Shown here in pieces: positions 1-8,702 of a DNA stretch of 36,991 nt. Each line of letters begins with the position of its first letter. Within the stretch, counting starts at the first letter, position 1. Made by a program: the position numbers and the translations under genes. Source of the DNA: an archaeon RBG_16_50_20 (lineage in GTDB: Archaea > Thermoproteota > Bathyarchaeia > 40CM-2-53-6); contig MEMY01000052.1 of NCBI GenBank assembly GCA_001768965.1, forward strand, positions 15,472 through 52,462, read 5' to 3'. Under the pieces are notes generated by a model. It was given only the letters and a program-made list of their open reading frames with translations. It had not been told where the DNA came from and searched no databases.

Positions 1-1653
1 GGCGCTCATCACTCTCGATCGCCAGTCGTAGTGAACAGCGGTCAACCTTCCGTTTGACCAGTCTCCCTCCATGACGGTTCTGTGTCCGCGACTTTTGAGT
101 TGCTTTACAACTTTGTCTGGGATTCGGCTCTCCAGATGGAGGCTCCCGGGATACGCATCCCGAGGATAGAATGAACTGGGGAAGTGCGAGGTGTGGAATG
201 TAGGAGCGTCAATTGCAGCCTGGAGATTCATTCCGAACTCGACGAAATTGAGGAAGAACTGCAGCGTCCACTGATCCTGCTGGTCTCCTCCTGGAGTGCC
301 AAAGGCCATTAGAGGGCCATGACTCGATGTGACGAGAGTTGGTGAGAGGGTTGTTCTCGGTCTCTTGTGAGGCGCGACACAGTTCGGGTGATCTGGATCC
401 AGGGAGAACATTTGTCCACGAGTTCCCAGTGGGAAGCCCAATCCTTCAATCACAGGCGAGCTCCAATTCCATCCGCCGCTGGGAGTTGCTGAGACCATGT
501 TCCCTTCCGAGTCCACAGTATCAAGATGTGTCGTGTCTCCTTCGGGCCTGCCTTTGGCTTTTCTTCTAGAGGTTTTGCGTAACTCGCCTGGCTGAGGTTT
601 CAGCGACGCTCTCTTCATCTTGATCAACGTTCTTCTGGCATCCGCATAGCGCTTGGACAAAAGCTCCTCAAGTGGTACGTCGGCAAACAGTGGATCCCCA
701 TAGTATTTTTCCCTGTCTGCAAATGCAAGTTTTGAAGCCTCGGTGACTATGTGAATGTAGTTTGCAGAGTTGTGTCCCATTGATTTCAGGTCGTAGCGTT
801 CAAGCAATCGGAGCTGTTGCAGGAATACCGGACCTTGACTCCATGGCCCACATTTGTGTACGGTAAAGCCAGCATAATCCACGTGAACTGTGTCCTCGAC
901 CCTCGTCTCGTACTCAGCGAAATCATCCAAGCTGAGCAGTGAAGTGTGCGGGTTGCCCGACGCGTCTTTCGATTGATGCGTCGTGGCAAAGTCAACTATC
1001 TTGCGGGCAATCTCCCCACGGTAGAAAAGATCCCTTGCCGCTGTAAGCGCAGCCTCTCTGTCATTTCCTCTTGACTTTTCAGCATTCACTAGACCCCTTA
1101 GCGTATTCGCCAGATCGGATTGTCTTAGAACCTGGCCAACATCCGGGACTCCTCCTGCAGGCAGGAAAATCCGGGCAGTGGTCGGCCATTCCTTTGAATA
1201 TCTTTCTGCGTGTTGACGAATGTTACGCTGCAGCCTATTGTAAACCGGAAAGCCATCCTCAGCCAACCTTACGGCAGGCTCTGCAACTTGAGAAAGGGTC
1301 ATCGTTCCGAAGCGAGATAAGCATGTGATCCAAGCATCGAACGAGGCTGGAACCATTGCCGGTAGGAATCCGTCGCCTGGAATCAGGTCGATCTTCTCTT
1401 TTTGGAAGTATTCGAGTGTGGCTGCTTTGGGCGCTGTACCCTGACCTGATATCGCGAACACTCTCTTCTCCCGAGCCGAATAGACAAGGATCGGAGTCTC
1501 GCCGCCGATTCCATTCATGTGCGGTTCAACGACGTGCAAGGCAAGGCCTGTCGCCACGGCTGCGTCGATTGCGTTTCCACCGGCACGGAGTATTTCGAAT
1601 CCAGCCAGCGTTGCAAGGTAGTGAGAGGACGTGACGCAGCTATGCGTCCCCAT
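1..1653 (-). CDS. ggt: gamma-glutamyltransferase (Ntn-hydrolase family); 3' end runs off the left edge of the window
   Basis: Absent from the ORF track because it is edge-truncated. I read the minus frame by hand from ATG (plus-strand cat 1651-1653) down to base 1 and saw no stop (551 codons). The N-terminus reads MGTHSCVTSSHYLATLAGFEILRAGGNAIDAAVA. The autoprocessing nucleophile motif GDTTHLDTVDSEGNMVSATPSGG lies at about nt 480-550. Confidence 0.85.
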   Translation of the reverse strand, partial: MGTHSCVTSSHYLATLAGFEILRAGGNAIDAAVATGLALHVVEPHMNGIGGETPILVYSAREKRVFAISGQGTAPKAATLEYFQKEKIDLIPGDGFLPAMVPASFDAWITCLSRFGTMTLSQVAEPAVRLAEDGFPVYNRLQRNIRQHAERYSKEWPTTARIFLPAGGVPDVGQVLRQSDLANTLRGLVNAEKSRGNDREAALTAARDLFYRGEIARKIVDFATTHQSKDASGNPHTSLLSLDDFAEYETRVEDTVHVDYAGFTVHKCGPWSQGPVFLQQLRLLERYDLKSMGHNSANYIHIVTEASKLAFADREKYYGDPLFADVPLEELLSKRYADARRTLIKMKRASLKPQPGELRKTSRRKAKGRPEGDTTHLDTVDSEGNMVSATPSGGWNWSSPVIEGLGFPLGTRGQMFSLDPDHPNCVAPHKRPRTTLSPTLVTSSHGPLMAFGTPGGDQQDQWTLQFFLNFVEFGMNLQAAIDAPTFHTSHFPSSFYPRDAYPGSLHLESRIPDKVVKQLKSRGHRTVMEGDWSNGRLTAVHYDWRSRVMSA

Positions 1654-1793
1654 AATCACTGGGCGGGTCTCTGACAATCATAACCGACCTCGGTTTCCGC
1701 TATCCAATGTAAGTCGCGGTATTTACGATACGTACACAAGCATTACTTGACCGATGTTTTCGTTTACAAACGTAGTACAAACGCAGGAAAAGG

Positions 1794-4145
1794 ATGTTAC
1801 CACAGATGCGCACATTAATGCTCTGGTTCGACGAGATTGGAAAACAGGATGTCCCACTTGTTGGCGGCAAGTCAGCAAGTCTTGGTGAGATGACATCAAA
1901 GACCAAGGTACCTGTTCCTTATGGTTTCGCACTTACCGCCGATGCTTACCGACTCTTTCTCAGCGAAAATCGACTGGAGAAGAAGATTGCAGAAGCGCTT
2001 AGCTCGCTGAAGGACCCGAATGACACTGCAACACTTCAGAAAGTCGGCGCAGAAATACGGAAGATGATCAGCTCGGCGCCCATGCCCAAAGAACTGGAGC
2101 GGGAAATAGTACAGGGCTACGAGGAGCTGGGCGCGCATGAAAAGGTCAAGAATCCTTTCGTCGCGATTAGAAGTTCAGCGACCGCAGAAGATTTGCCTGA
2201 TGCGAGTTTCGCTGGCCAACAGGAGACCTTTCTCAATATTTCGGGCGCGAGCGAAGTTGTCGCTAATGTGAGAGAATGCTATGCTAGCTTGTTCACTGAT
2301 CGAGCCATCTTCTACCGAGTGCAGAAGGGGTTCAACCATCTGGACGTGGCCTTGTCTGCCATAGTTCAAATGATGTGCTATTCCGAGTCCAGCGGGGTCA
2401 TGTTCACGATGGATCCAACCAACGGTGATGATTCCATTGTCATGATAGAAGCTGCTTACGGACTCGGAGAATATGTTGTGAAAGGTAGCGTGACGCCGGA
2501 CGATTATTATGTAGACAAAGGAACGCTCAAGTTAATTCGTAAGGTAATAACAACCAAGACGATAATGCTCGTCCAACGACCCGACGGAGGAACCGAAGAA
2601 AGACAGGTTCCAGAGGAACTGAGAGAGAAGCAGGTTATTCCGGATGACAAGGTCTTAGCCCTCGCAAAGTACGGACTCGCAATTGAGGAGCATTACGGTA
2701 GGCCCATGGACATAGAATGGGCGCTCGATAAGCAAACTGGCAAGCTACTCATACTCCAAGCGCGCCCCGAAACCGTATGGTCGCTCAAGAAAAGCCGCGT
2801 TGAACAGAAGCAGGCAATGGAGATGAGCAAGAAGATCATAGTCAAAGGGTTGCCCGCTTCACCAGGAATCGGCGCTGGCAAAACCCACTTGATACCAGCA
2901 GTCGAACGCGTCAGTGAATTTCAGGGCGGCGAGATTCTCGTAACCCAGATGACGGCACCTGACTGGGTTCCCGTCATGAAAAAGGCGAAGGCCATCGTAA
3001 CCGACAGTGGAGGCATGACCTGCCATGCCGCGATCGTGAGCAGAGAGCTCGGCATACCTTGCATCGTCGGAACCAAGACCGGAACCAAGGTCCTACCTTC
3101 CGGGATGGAGGTAACAGTTGATGCGACGAGCGGGGTAGTATATGATGGAATCCTCCAAGAAGTCACAAGCACGCAACAACAAGCGGCCGCAGTTGCCAGC
3201 GGACCGGGATTCATGGACGGACCTGTTACCGGAACAAAGATCTTCGTCAACCTAGGCGAACCAGAACTCGCGGCGAAGGTGGCTCAGCTGCCTGCTGACG
3301 GCGTTGGTCTCCTCCGAATGGAATTCATCGTCAGTGACCACATAAGAAAACACCCGATGTGGCTCATTGAGATCAAGCATCCCGAGGAATTCGTCGACCC
3401 ACTGGCCGAAGGGCTCACGACATTTTGCAGAGCATTCTTCCCAAGGCCCGTTGTGCTCAGATTCAGTGACTTCAAGACGAATGAGTACGCGACATTGGAG
3501 GGTGGAGAGAAGTACGAAGCCACAATAAAGGAAGCAAATCCACTGCTCGGATTCAGAGGGGCATCGCGCTACACGGACCCTAAGTTCGAGCCCGCGTTCA
3601 GGTTGGAAATTGCGGCCGTGAAGAAAGTCAGAGATGAGATGGGTTTGAAGAATCTGTGGTGCATGATCCCCTTCAACAGAACTGTAGACGAATTCGTAAA
3701 AGTCCGCGACCTCCTACGCCAAGAAGGCTTGAAGCAGGATGACGACTTCAAGCTCTGGATCATGGCGGAAGTTCCGAGCAACATAATCTTGGCCGACGAG
3801 TTCTGCAAGGCGGGAGTTGACGGATTCTCAATAGGAAGCAACGACCTCACCATGCTAATCCTAGGCGCAGATAGGGACAACGAAGTTCTAGCTCCTCTGT
3901 TCGATGAACGGAATTTGGCAGTGAAACGAGCCATCAAGAGCCTGATAGAGACTGCGCATCAATATGGAAAGACGGTTAGCATTTGTGGCCAGGCCCCCAG
4001 CGTCTACGCGGATTTCACAAAATTCCTAGTCGAATCCGGGATTGACAGCATCTCAGTCAATCCTGACGTCGTCGCTCAAACAAGAAGACTTGTGGCGCAA
4101 GTTGAACAGAGAATTCTGCTGGAGAGACTCACCGGGATAAAGTGA
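1794..4145 (+). CDS. ppsA: phosphoenolpyruvate synthase (pyruvate, water dikinase)
   Basis: 783 aa. N-terminal nucleotide-binding signature LWFDEIGKQDVPLVGGKSASLGEM. Swivel phosphohistidine motif GGMTCHAAIVSRELGIPCIVG. C-terminal PEP-utilising motif GFSIGSNDLTMLILG. A purine tract AGGAAAAGG sits just before ATG 1794; ATG 1806 is an alternative start. Confidence 0.93.
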   Translation: MLPQMRTLMLWFDEIGKQDVPLVGGKSASLGEMTSKTKVPVPYGFALTADAYRLFLSENRLEKKIAEALSSLKDPNDTATLQKVGAEIRKMISSAPMPKELEREIVQGYEELGAHEKVKNPFVAIRSSATAEDLPDASFAGQQETFLNISGASEVVANVRECYASLFTDRAIFYRVQKGFNHLDVALSAIVQMMCYSESSGVMFTMDPTNGDDSIVMIEAAYGLGEYVVKGSVTPDDYYVDKGTLKLIRKVITTKTIMLVQRPDGGTEERQVPEELREKQVIPDDKVLALAKYGLAIEEHYGRPMDIEWALDKQTGKLLILQARPETVWSLKKSRVEQKQAMEMSKKIIVKGLPASPGIGAGKTHLIPAVERVSEFQGGEILVTQMTAPDWVPVMKKAKAIVTDSGGMTCHAAIVSRELGIPCIVGTKTGTKVLPSGMEVTVDATSGVVYDGILQEVTSTQQQAAAVASGPGFMDGPVTGTKIFVNLGEPELAAKVAQLPADGVGLLRMEFIVSDHIRKHPMWLIEIKHPEEFVDPLAEGLTTFCRAFFPRPVVLRFSDFKTNEYATLEGGEKYEATIKEANPLLGFRGASRYTDPKFEPAFRLEIAAVKKVRDEMGLKNLWCMIPFNRTVDEFVKVRDLLRQEGLKQDDDFKLWIMAEVPSNIILADEFCKAGVDGFSIGSNDLTMLILGADRDNEVLAPLFDERNLAVKRAIKSLIETAHQYGKTVSICGQAPSVYADFTKFLVESGIDSISVNPDVVAQTRRLVAQVEQRILLERLTGIK

Positions 4146-4327
4146 AGTTCCTGAGTAGCATGTCTTTGAAGCTGCCCGCGGGCTAACTATAGTTACACGC
4201 TATTCTTACACAGCTTCGGCATCTTACCTGAGCTACCTGCTCGAAGGCATACACGAACTCCAATTCCGCGCTGTCCCAAACCGGGGAAGTAGCTTGCAAT
4301 GCTCTCGTTACCCCGGGCAACAAATCC

Positions 4328-4357
4328 GTAATACAATTAAGGGATACTCAGTATTAC
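4328..4357. promoter_or_regulatory. inverted repeat GTAATAC-N16-GTATTAC with nested palindrome ATACtcaGTAT; candidate operator overlapping the A/T-rich promoter region of the downstream RHH-fusion gene
   Basis: Arms at 4328-4334 and 4351-4357 are exact reverse complements. The nested palindrome is at 4344-4354. The repeat ends 10 nt before ATG 4367. A regulatory role is inferred only. Confidence 0.25.
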
Positions 4358-4366
4358 CTTCTTGTC

Positions 4367-5245
4367 ATGAAGCAAAGATACAGTATGACGTTAGACCCTG
4401 CGCTCATGCATAAGATCGACTTGTTGGTAGACGGAACGAGATTCACGAATCGCTCTGAGACTGCGCAGTTTCTACTAAAACTTGGAATTGAACAGTTCCG
4501 CCCGGAACGAACCGCGCTGATCCTATGCGGTGGTCTCGAGACGAGGGTTAGACCGAGCTCCTTTTCCATCCCCAAACCACTCTTACCCATAGGATATCAA
4601 CCACTCCTCGAATACCAGATCGAATATCTGAAGCGCTATGAGTTCGACAGAATCATACTCGCGATCGGCTACTTACAGGAACAGATCGTGCGATATCTCG
4701 ATGAACATAAGCTCGGCATACGTCTGCGTTACAGCTTCGAAAAGGAACCCTTAGACACCGGAGGAGCCCTCAAGAACTCCGAAGCTCTCATCGGTTCTGA
4801 TTTCCTCGCGCTCAACGGTGATGTAATCTTTGCAGGGCTGGATCTTGACAAGTTAATCTACACACATAAGAAATCGAACGCGGCAGTGACCATAGTCTTG
4901 GCAAAATCAAATACGCCTACAAGGTTCGGAGCCGTGGAACTCGACAATGAGAACAGGGTGATCAGCTTTGTTGAGAAACCTCGCAAGCAACCAGCAGGTG
5001 AGGCTTGGGTGAACGCTGGAGTGTATGTGATACGTCCATCGGTTTTCGCGAAAATACCCAAGGCGAAACGAATTTCGCTTGAACTTGATGTATTTCCCAA
5101 GCTCATGCGTGATGGAACAATCTCGGGCTACAAGCATGATGGATACTGGGCTGATGTCGGAACGCCAGAGGACTACTTGCGTGTCCAAAAGGATCTTCTA
5201 ACAGGAGTCTTCAAACCCCAAGAAGCAACTGCCAACAACACATAG
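4367..5245 (+). CDS. sugar-phosphate nucleotidyltransferase (RmlA/GalU/ManC-like fold) with an N-terminal ribbon-helix-helix (CopG/Arc-like) domain
   Basis: 292 aa. Residues 1-45, MKQRYSMTLDPALMHKIDLLVDGTRFTNRSETAQFLLKLGIEQF, fit the strand-helix-helix RHH pattern. The rest matches NTP_transferase: ALILCGGLETRVRPSSFSIPKPLLPIG, LNGDVIF, FVEKP, NAGVYV, YWADVGTPEDY. Confidence 0.8.
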   Translation: MKQRYSMTLDPALMHKIDLLVDGTRFTNRSETAQFLLKLGIEQFRPERTALILCGGLETRVRPSSFSIPKPLLPIGYQPLLEYQIEYLKRYEFDRIILAIGYLQEQIVRYLDEHKLGIRLRYSFEKEPLDTGGALKNSEALIGSDFLALNGDVIFAGLDLDKLIYTHKKSNAAVTIVLAKSNTPTRFGAVELDNENRVISFVEKPRKQPAGEAWVNAGVYVIRPSVFAKIPKAKRISLELDVFPKLMRDGTISGYKHDGYWADVGTPEDYLRVQKDLLTGVFKPQEATANNT

Positions 5246-5270
5246 TACCTATCTCGAATCATATTCCAGG

Positions 5271-6323
5271 TCATGAGAGCAACGGGACTCTGCTCTTCAG
5301 ATCCTTCAGGATCTCAGCTTGATTAGCTGGAACTAGTTCACCAGAAAGTTCAGCCCTAACTTCACGTTCAGTTTCTATTTTCTCAGGAGCCTTCTCTCCG
5401 ACAAGCGCTTCGAACAGCTTTCGCCAGGTTACTGGCGTGAGTTTAGGAGGTTGATAATCAGCCAGCGTGCACGCTGCCAAAGTCCACGTCCGCGCCACAT
5501 TCGCTATGTTGTAGCCACCGCCGCCAAAAACAACCAGACGCCCTCCTGTCAGTTCATCTGCTAGGTTGCGCACGACATCCACAACCTCTCGATATGTTCG
5601 GGTTGTGATCTGCAAGTGGGCGAGCAGATCGTTCGCGTGAGAATCTGCTCCGCATTGGAGCAACAGCATTTGAGGCCGATACTTCCGGACTGCTCGGGGC
5701 ACGATTTCTCTGAATAGGTCTAGGTAGATCTCATCGTTAGTAAAAGGTGGGAGTGGTACGTTTATCTTGAGACCCACAGCCTTTCCTTCACCCACTTCAT
5801 GTGTGAAGCCTGTCCCAGGGAACAGGTGGTGACCGTCTTCGTGGAAGTCGATGTCCAAGACGGCTGGATCCGAGTAGAATCCGTACATTACGCCGTCACC
5901 GTGATGCGCATCCACATCCAAGTAGAGGATTCTTTCCAGTCCGTAGTTCTTCTTCAGATAGGCGATCGAAATCGCAGGGTCATTGAATATGCAGAAACCT
6001 GACGCACGGTCGGGATGCGCGTGATGCAACCCGCCCGCTATGTTCATCCCGTAAGTTACCTTCCCCGACATGACCAAATCGACTGCCGCTAGTGAAGCTC
6101 CCGCGGCCAACGCGGACGCATCATAGCATCCTTTGAACGCAGGCGTATCACCCATGTCAAGAAATCCCGATCCAACCTCACTCATTCGCTTGACAAGTCT
6201 GATGTATTCATCATTATGGAATAGGAGAAGATCCTTGAGCGTCGCTTCCCGCGGAGGCGCGACCTTCACGTTCTCTGCATCAAGCAATCCGACAGCTTTC
6301 ATCAGCTCGTATGTCAACTTCAA
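5271..6323 (-). CDS. histone deacetylase-family zinc amidohydrolase (AcuC / acetylpolyamine amidohydrolase-like); 5' end uncertain
   Basis: 350-aa ORF from TTG 6323. Motifs GGLHHAHPDRASGFCIFND, LDVDAHHGDG and FGGGGYN. A conserved N-terminal segment continues in frame upstream of 6323 (see finding), so the true start is unresolved. Confidence 0.85.
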   Translation of the reverse strand: MKLTYELMKAVGLLDAENVKVAPPREATLKDLLLFHNDEYIRLVKRMSEVGSGFLDMGDTPAFKGCYDASALAAGASLAAVDLVMSGKVTYGMNIAGGLHHAHPDRASGFCIFNDPAISIAYLKKNYGLERILYLDVDAHHGDGVMYGFYSDPAVLDIDFHEDGHHLFPGTGFTHEVGEGKAVGLKINVPLPPFTNDEIYLDLFREIVPRAVRKYRPQMLLLQCGADSHANDLLAHLQITTRTYREVVDVVRNLADELTGGRLVVFGGGGYNIANVARTWTLAACTLADYQPPKLTPVTWRKLFEALVGEKAPEKIETEREVRAELSGELVPANQAEILKDLKSRVPLLS

Positions 6324-6601
6324 CCTAGTCGGCTTGAGGGGATGAGTCGGTCCGAAGTCATACTGCTGGAAAGCATCACTATAGACGATACCAACTGTTC
6401 GCGTTAGCCTGGGCCCCCTGCAGGAGTCTGGTTACCTAGTATCTCGATGGTTTTTGAATGCGTCCCATTGCATCTCTAGTTGAAATTCAGAAGGCCCTTC
6501 CTTCATTGAGAAGGGTGTCTTTCTTCTGTCCATCTCAGATAGTTTTCATCGACCCAAACTTAAATAATCCATATGTAATAACCATGAAACGGTGTTAGAA
6601 T

Positions 6602-6949
6602 GTGCTACACTCACCAGACACCTTCAAACTCTCCATAACCGAAAAAGCCGCTGAGAAAGTCAAAGCCGCAATAGAGAAACAAGGTAAGAGTGACGCAGCG
6701 CTACGAGTCTATGTTGCGGGAGGCGGTTGTAGCGGGTTCCAGTACGGTCTTGCCTTCGATAAGCAGAACGGCGACGACCATGTGATCGAAGCACATGGAG
6801 TCAAAGTCCTGGTGGACGATCAGAGCGCCCAGTACGTTGATGGCTCCGAGATCGATTATGTAGAATCCGTCATGGGCGAAGGATTCATGGTCAACAACCC
6901 GAATGCCACAGAGACATGTGGCTGCGGGCACTCATTCAAACCCAAGTAA
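6602..6949 (+). CDS. A-type iron-sulfur cluster carrier/insertion protein (HesB/IscA/ErpA family)
   Basis: 115 aa with a GTG start. Motifs RVYVAGGGCSGFQYGLAFD and C-terminal CGCGHSF supply the three conserved Cys of the family. A TTAAATAAT box lies about 35-40 nt upstream. Confidence 0.88.
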   Translation: MLHSPDTFKLSITEKAAEKVKAAIEKQGKSDAALRVYVAGGGCSGFQYGLAFDKQNGDDHVIEAHGVKVLVDDQSAQYVDGSEIDYVESVMGEGFMVNNPNATETCGCGHSFKPK

Positions 6950-7105
6950 TCAGCCCCTACATCCCCAATCCTTTTTGCTTCTCCTGAGAACGACACTAGC
7001 GGGAGCCCTAGTCCCGACAAGACCAGTTTCTGTAATCGCTAGCCCTGAAACGACCTACGAAAACTTCCGTTCGAAATCAGAGTCAACCCTGATCTTCGGT
7101 GCCTT

Positions 7106-8644
7106 TCAGCATGGCTCAATAGTTGAGGGGGGTTTTGACGTGACTGCATAAGCTACCCACGTGACACCTTCAACCTCCCCTGTAATTCGACTGCTAATCT
7201 CCTCCAGCACATCCTCGGTGACTCTTGCCCAGTCAGCAGTCATCCCATCCAATGATTTGACTATACGCACAGTAACAATGTGGCCAAGCTCGCGCTGATC
7301 CCCAACAACACCTACAGCCATATCATCGCCCACTATCGCGAAAGTTTGCCACATCTCATCATAGAGCCTTCTGCGCTTCATAACATCCTCAACGATTGCG
7401 CTGGCCTCCCGACAGATGCGCAGTTTCCCATCTGTGACCTCGCCGATTATTCGAACTCCTAAACCGGGTCCTGGAAATGGGTGTGTTCCGACAATTGACT
7501 CTGGCAAGCCCAACTCTTTGGCAATCTTTCGGACTTCATCTTTGTAGAGAAACTTGAGAGGCTCTATGATCTTGAACTCGGACCAAGCCGGAATCCCGCC
7601 TACATTGTGATGTGTCTTAATGCGGGATGCGGGGCTTCCTGTTCCAGCGCTTTCGATCACATCAGGGTAAAGTGTTCCTTGAGCGAGCCATCTGAAGGTT
7701 CCAAGCTTCTTACTTTCTTCATCGAAGACTCGAATGAATTCCTCACCAATTATTCTGCGCTTTTCTTCTGGATCAACTACTCCTTTCAAACGCTCAAGAA
7801 ATCGCTTGGAGGCATCAACGTAGTGCAGGTTCAGCCTCAGGTCTTCCTTCAGTGCCTTGAGAATGGTTTCCGCTTCGTGCTTTCTGAGGAGGCCGTGATT
7901 TACGAAGATACACTGGAGTCTCTGACCAACAGCCTTCTGGACAAGTACGGCGGTTGTTGTTGAATCGACTCCTCCGCTTACAGCAGAGAGCACATGCCCC
8001 TGACCGACTTCGGATCGAATCTGCTGTACAGCGGTTTCGATGATCGATTGAGGGTTCCAGGCGGGTGAGCAACCGCTTATCCGAGTGACAAAATTCCTGA
8101 TAATTTGGATCCCGTTCTGCGTGTGAGCCACTTCGGGATGAAACTGAACGCCGTACAAATGTCGAGAAGGATCGCGTATGGCCGCTGTGGCGCAGTTTTC
8201 TGAGCTTGCAATAGTCTCAAAGCTCTGCGGGAGGGTTTCTGCAAAGTCTCCGTGACTCATCCAGGAAACAATTTTGCTTCCAATCTCCCTAAACAAGTCT
8301 GAGTGGTCTTTGATTTCGAGTGGGGTTTTCCCGTATTCGTGGCGTTTTGTGGCTTTCACCTTTCCCCCAAGCATCTCGACCATTAGCTGTAGACCATAGC
8401 ATATGCCGAGAACTGGTACACCTAGCTGGAAAATCTTGGGGTTGCATTTTGGAGCGTGCTCATCGTAGACGCTTGCAGGGCCCCCTGAAAGGACAATGCC
8501 CTTGGCGTTCAGCTTGAGAAGCTCGTCTGGGGATATCGTGTAGGGGAGTAGCTCTGAGTAGACTTCGCATTCTCTTATGCGGCGTGTTATGAGGTGTGAG
8601 TATTGGCCTCCGAAATCAAGAACGGCGATCAGTTCTCTCGGCAT
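7106..8644 (-). CDS. guaA: GMP synthase (glutamine-hydrolysing), fused single-chain form
   Basis: 512 aa. Class I amidotransferase half (GICYGLQLM nucleophile Cys, QFHPEV) joined to the ATP-pyrophosphatase PP-loop SAVSGGVDSTT. The C-terminal dimerisation end reads KPPSTIEPC. Confidence 0.93.
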   Translation of the reverse strand: MPRELIAVLDFGGQYSHLITRRIRECEVYSELLPYTISPDELLKLNAKGIVLSGGPASVYDEHAPKCNPKIFQLGVPVLGICYGLQLMVEMLGGKVKATKRHEYGKTPLEIKDHSDLFREIGSKIVSWMSHGDFAETLPQSFETIASSENCATAAIRDPSRHLYGVQFHPEVAHTQNGIQIIRNFVTRISGCSPAWNPQSIIETAVQQIRSEVGQGHVLSAVSGGVDSTTTAVLVQKAVGQRLQCIFVNHGLLRKHEAETILKALKEDLRLNLHYVDASKRFLERLKGVVDPEEKRRIIGEEFIRVFDEESKKLGTFRWLAQGTLYPDVIESAGTGSPASRIKTHHNVGGIPAWSEFKIIEPLKFLYKDEVRKIAKELGLPESIVGTHPFPGPGLGVRIIGEVTDGKLRICREASAIVEDVMKRRRLYDEMWQTFAIVGDDMAVGVVGDQRELGHIVTVRIVKSLDGMTADWARVTEDVLEEISSRITGEVEGVTWVAYAVTSKPPSTIEPC

Positions 8645-8702
8645 CGCCCATCAGTAGGTAATATGGGGTTTCTTAGATTAACGTTGCCGAAAGTCGACTT
8701 TT

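Noticed and set aside
4174-4316. A perfect GC palindrome GCCCGCGGGC (4174-4183) and a CCGGGG...CCCCGG stem (about 4281-4316) in the 220-bp spacer after ppsA, considered as a terminator or ncRNA.
   Set aside because: The palindrome leaves almost no loop. The second stem encloses a 24-nt loop with little internal pairing and no T-tract. Neither is strong enough to call.
6432-6533. Idea that the HDAC gene starts at ATG 6531-6533 and reads through the in-frame TAA at 6432-6434.
   Set aside because: It would add an N-terminal extension of about 45 aa that is atypical for the family. I know of no TAA recoding mechanism in archaea. It is retained only as one listed alternative in the HDAC finding.
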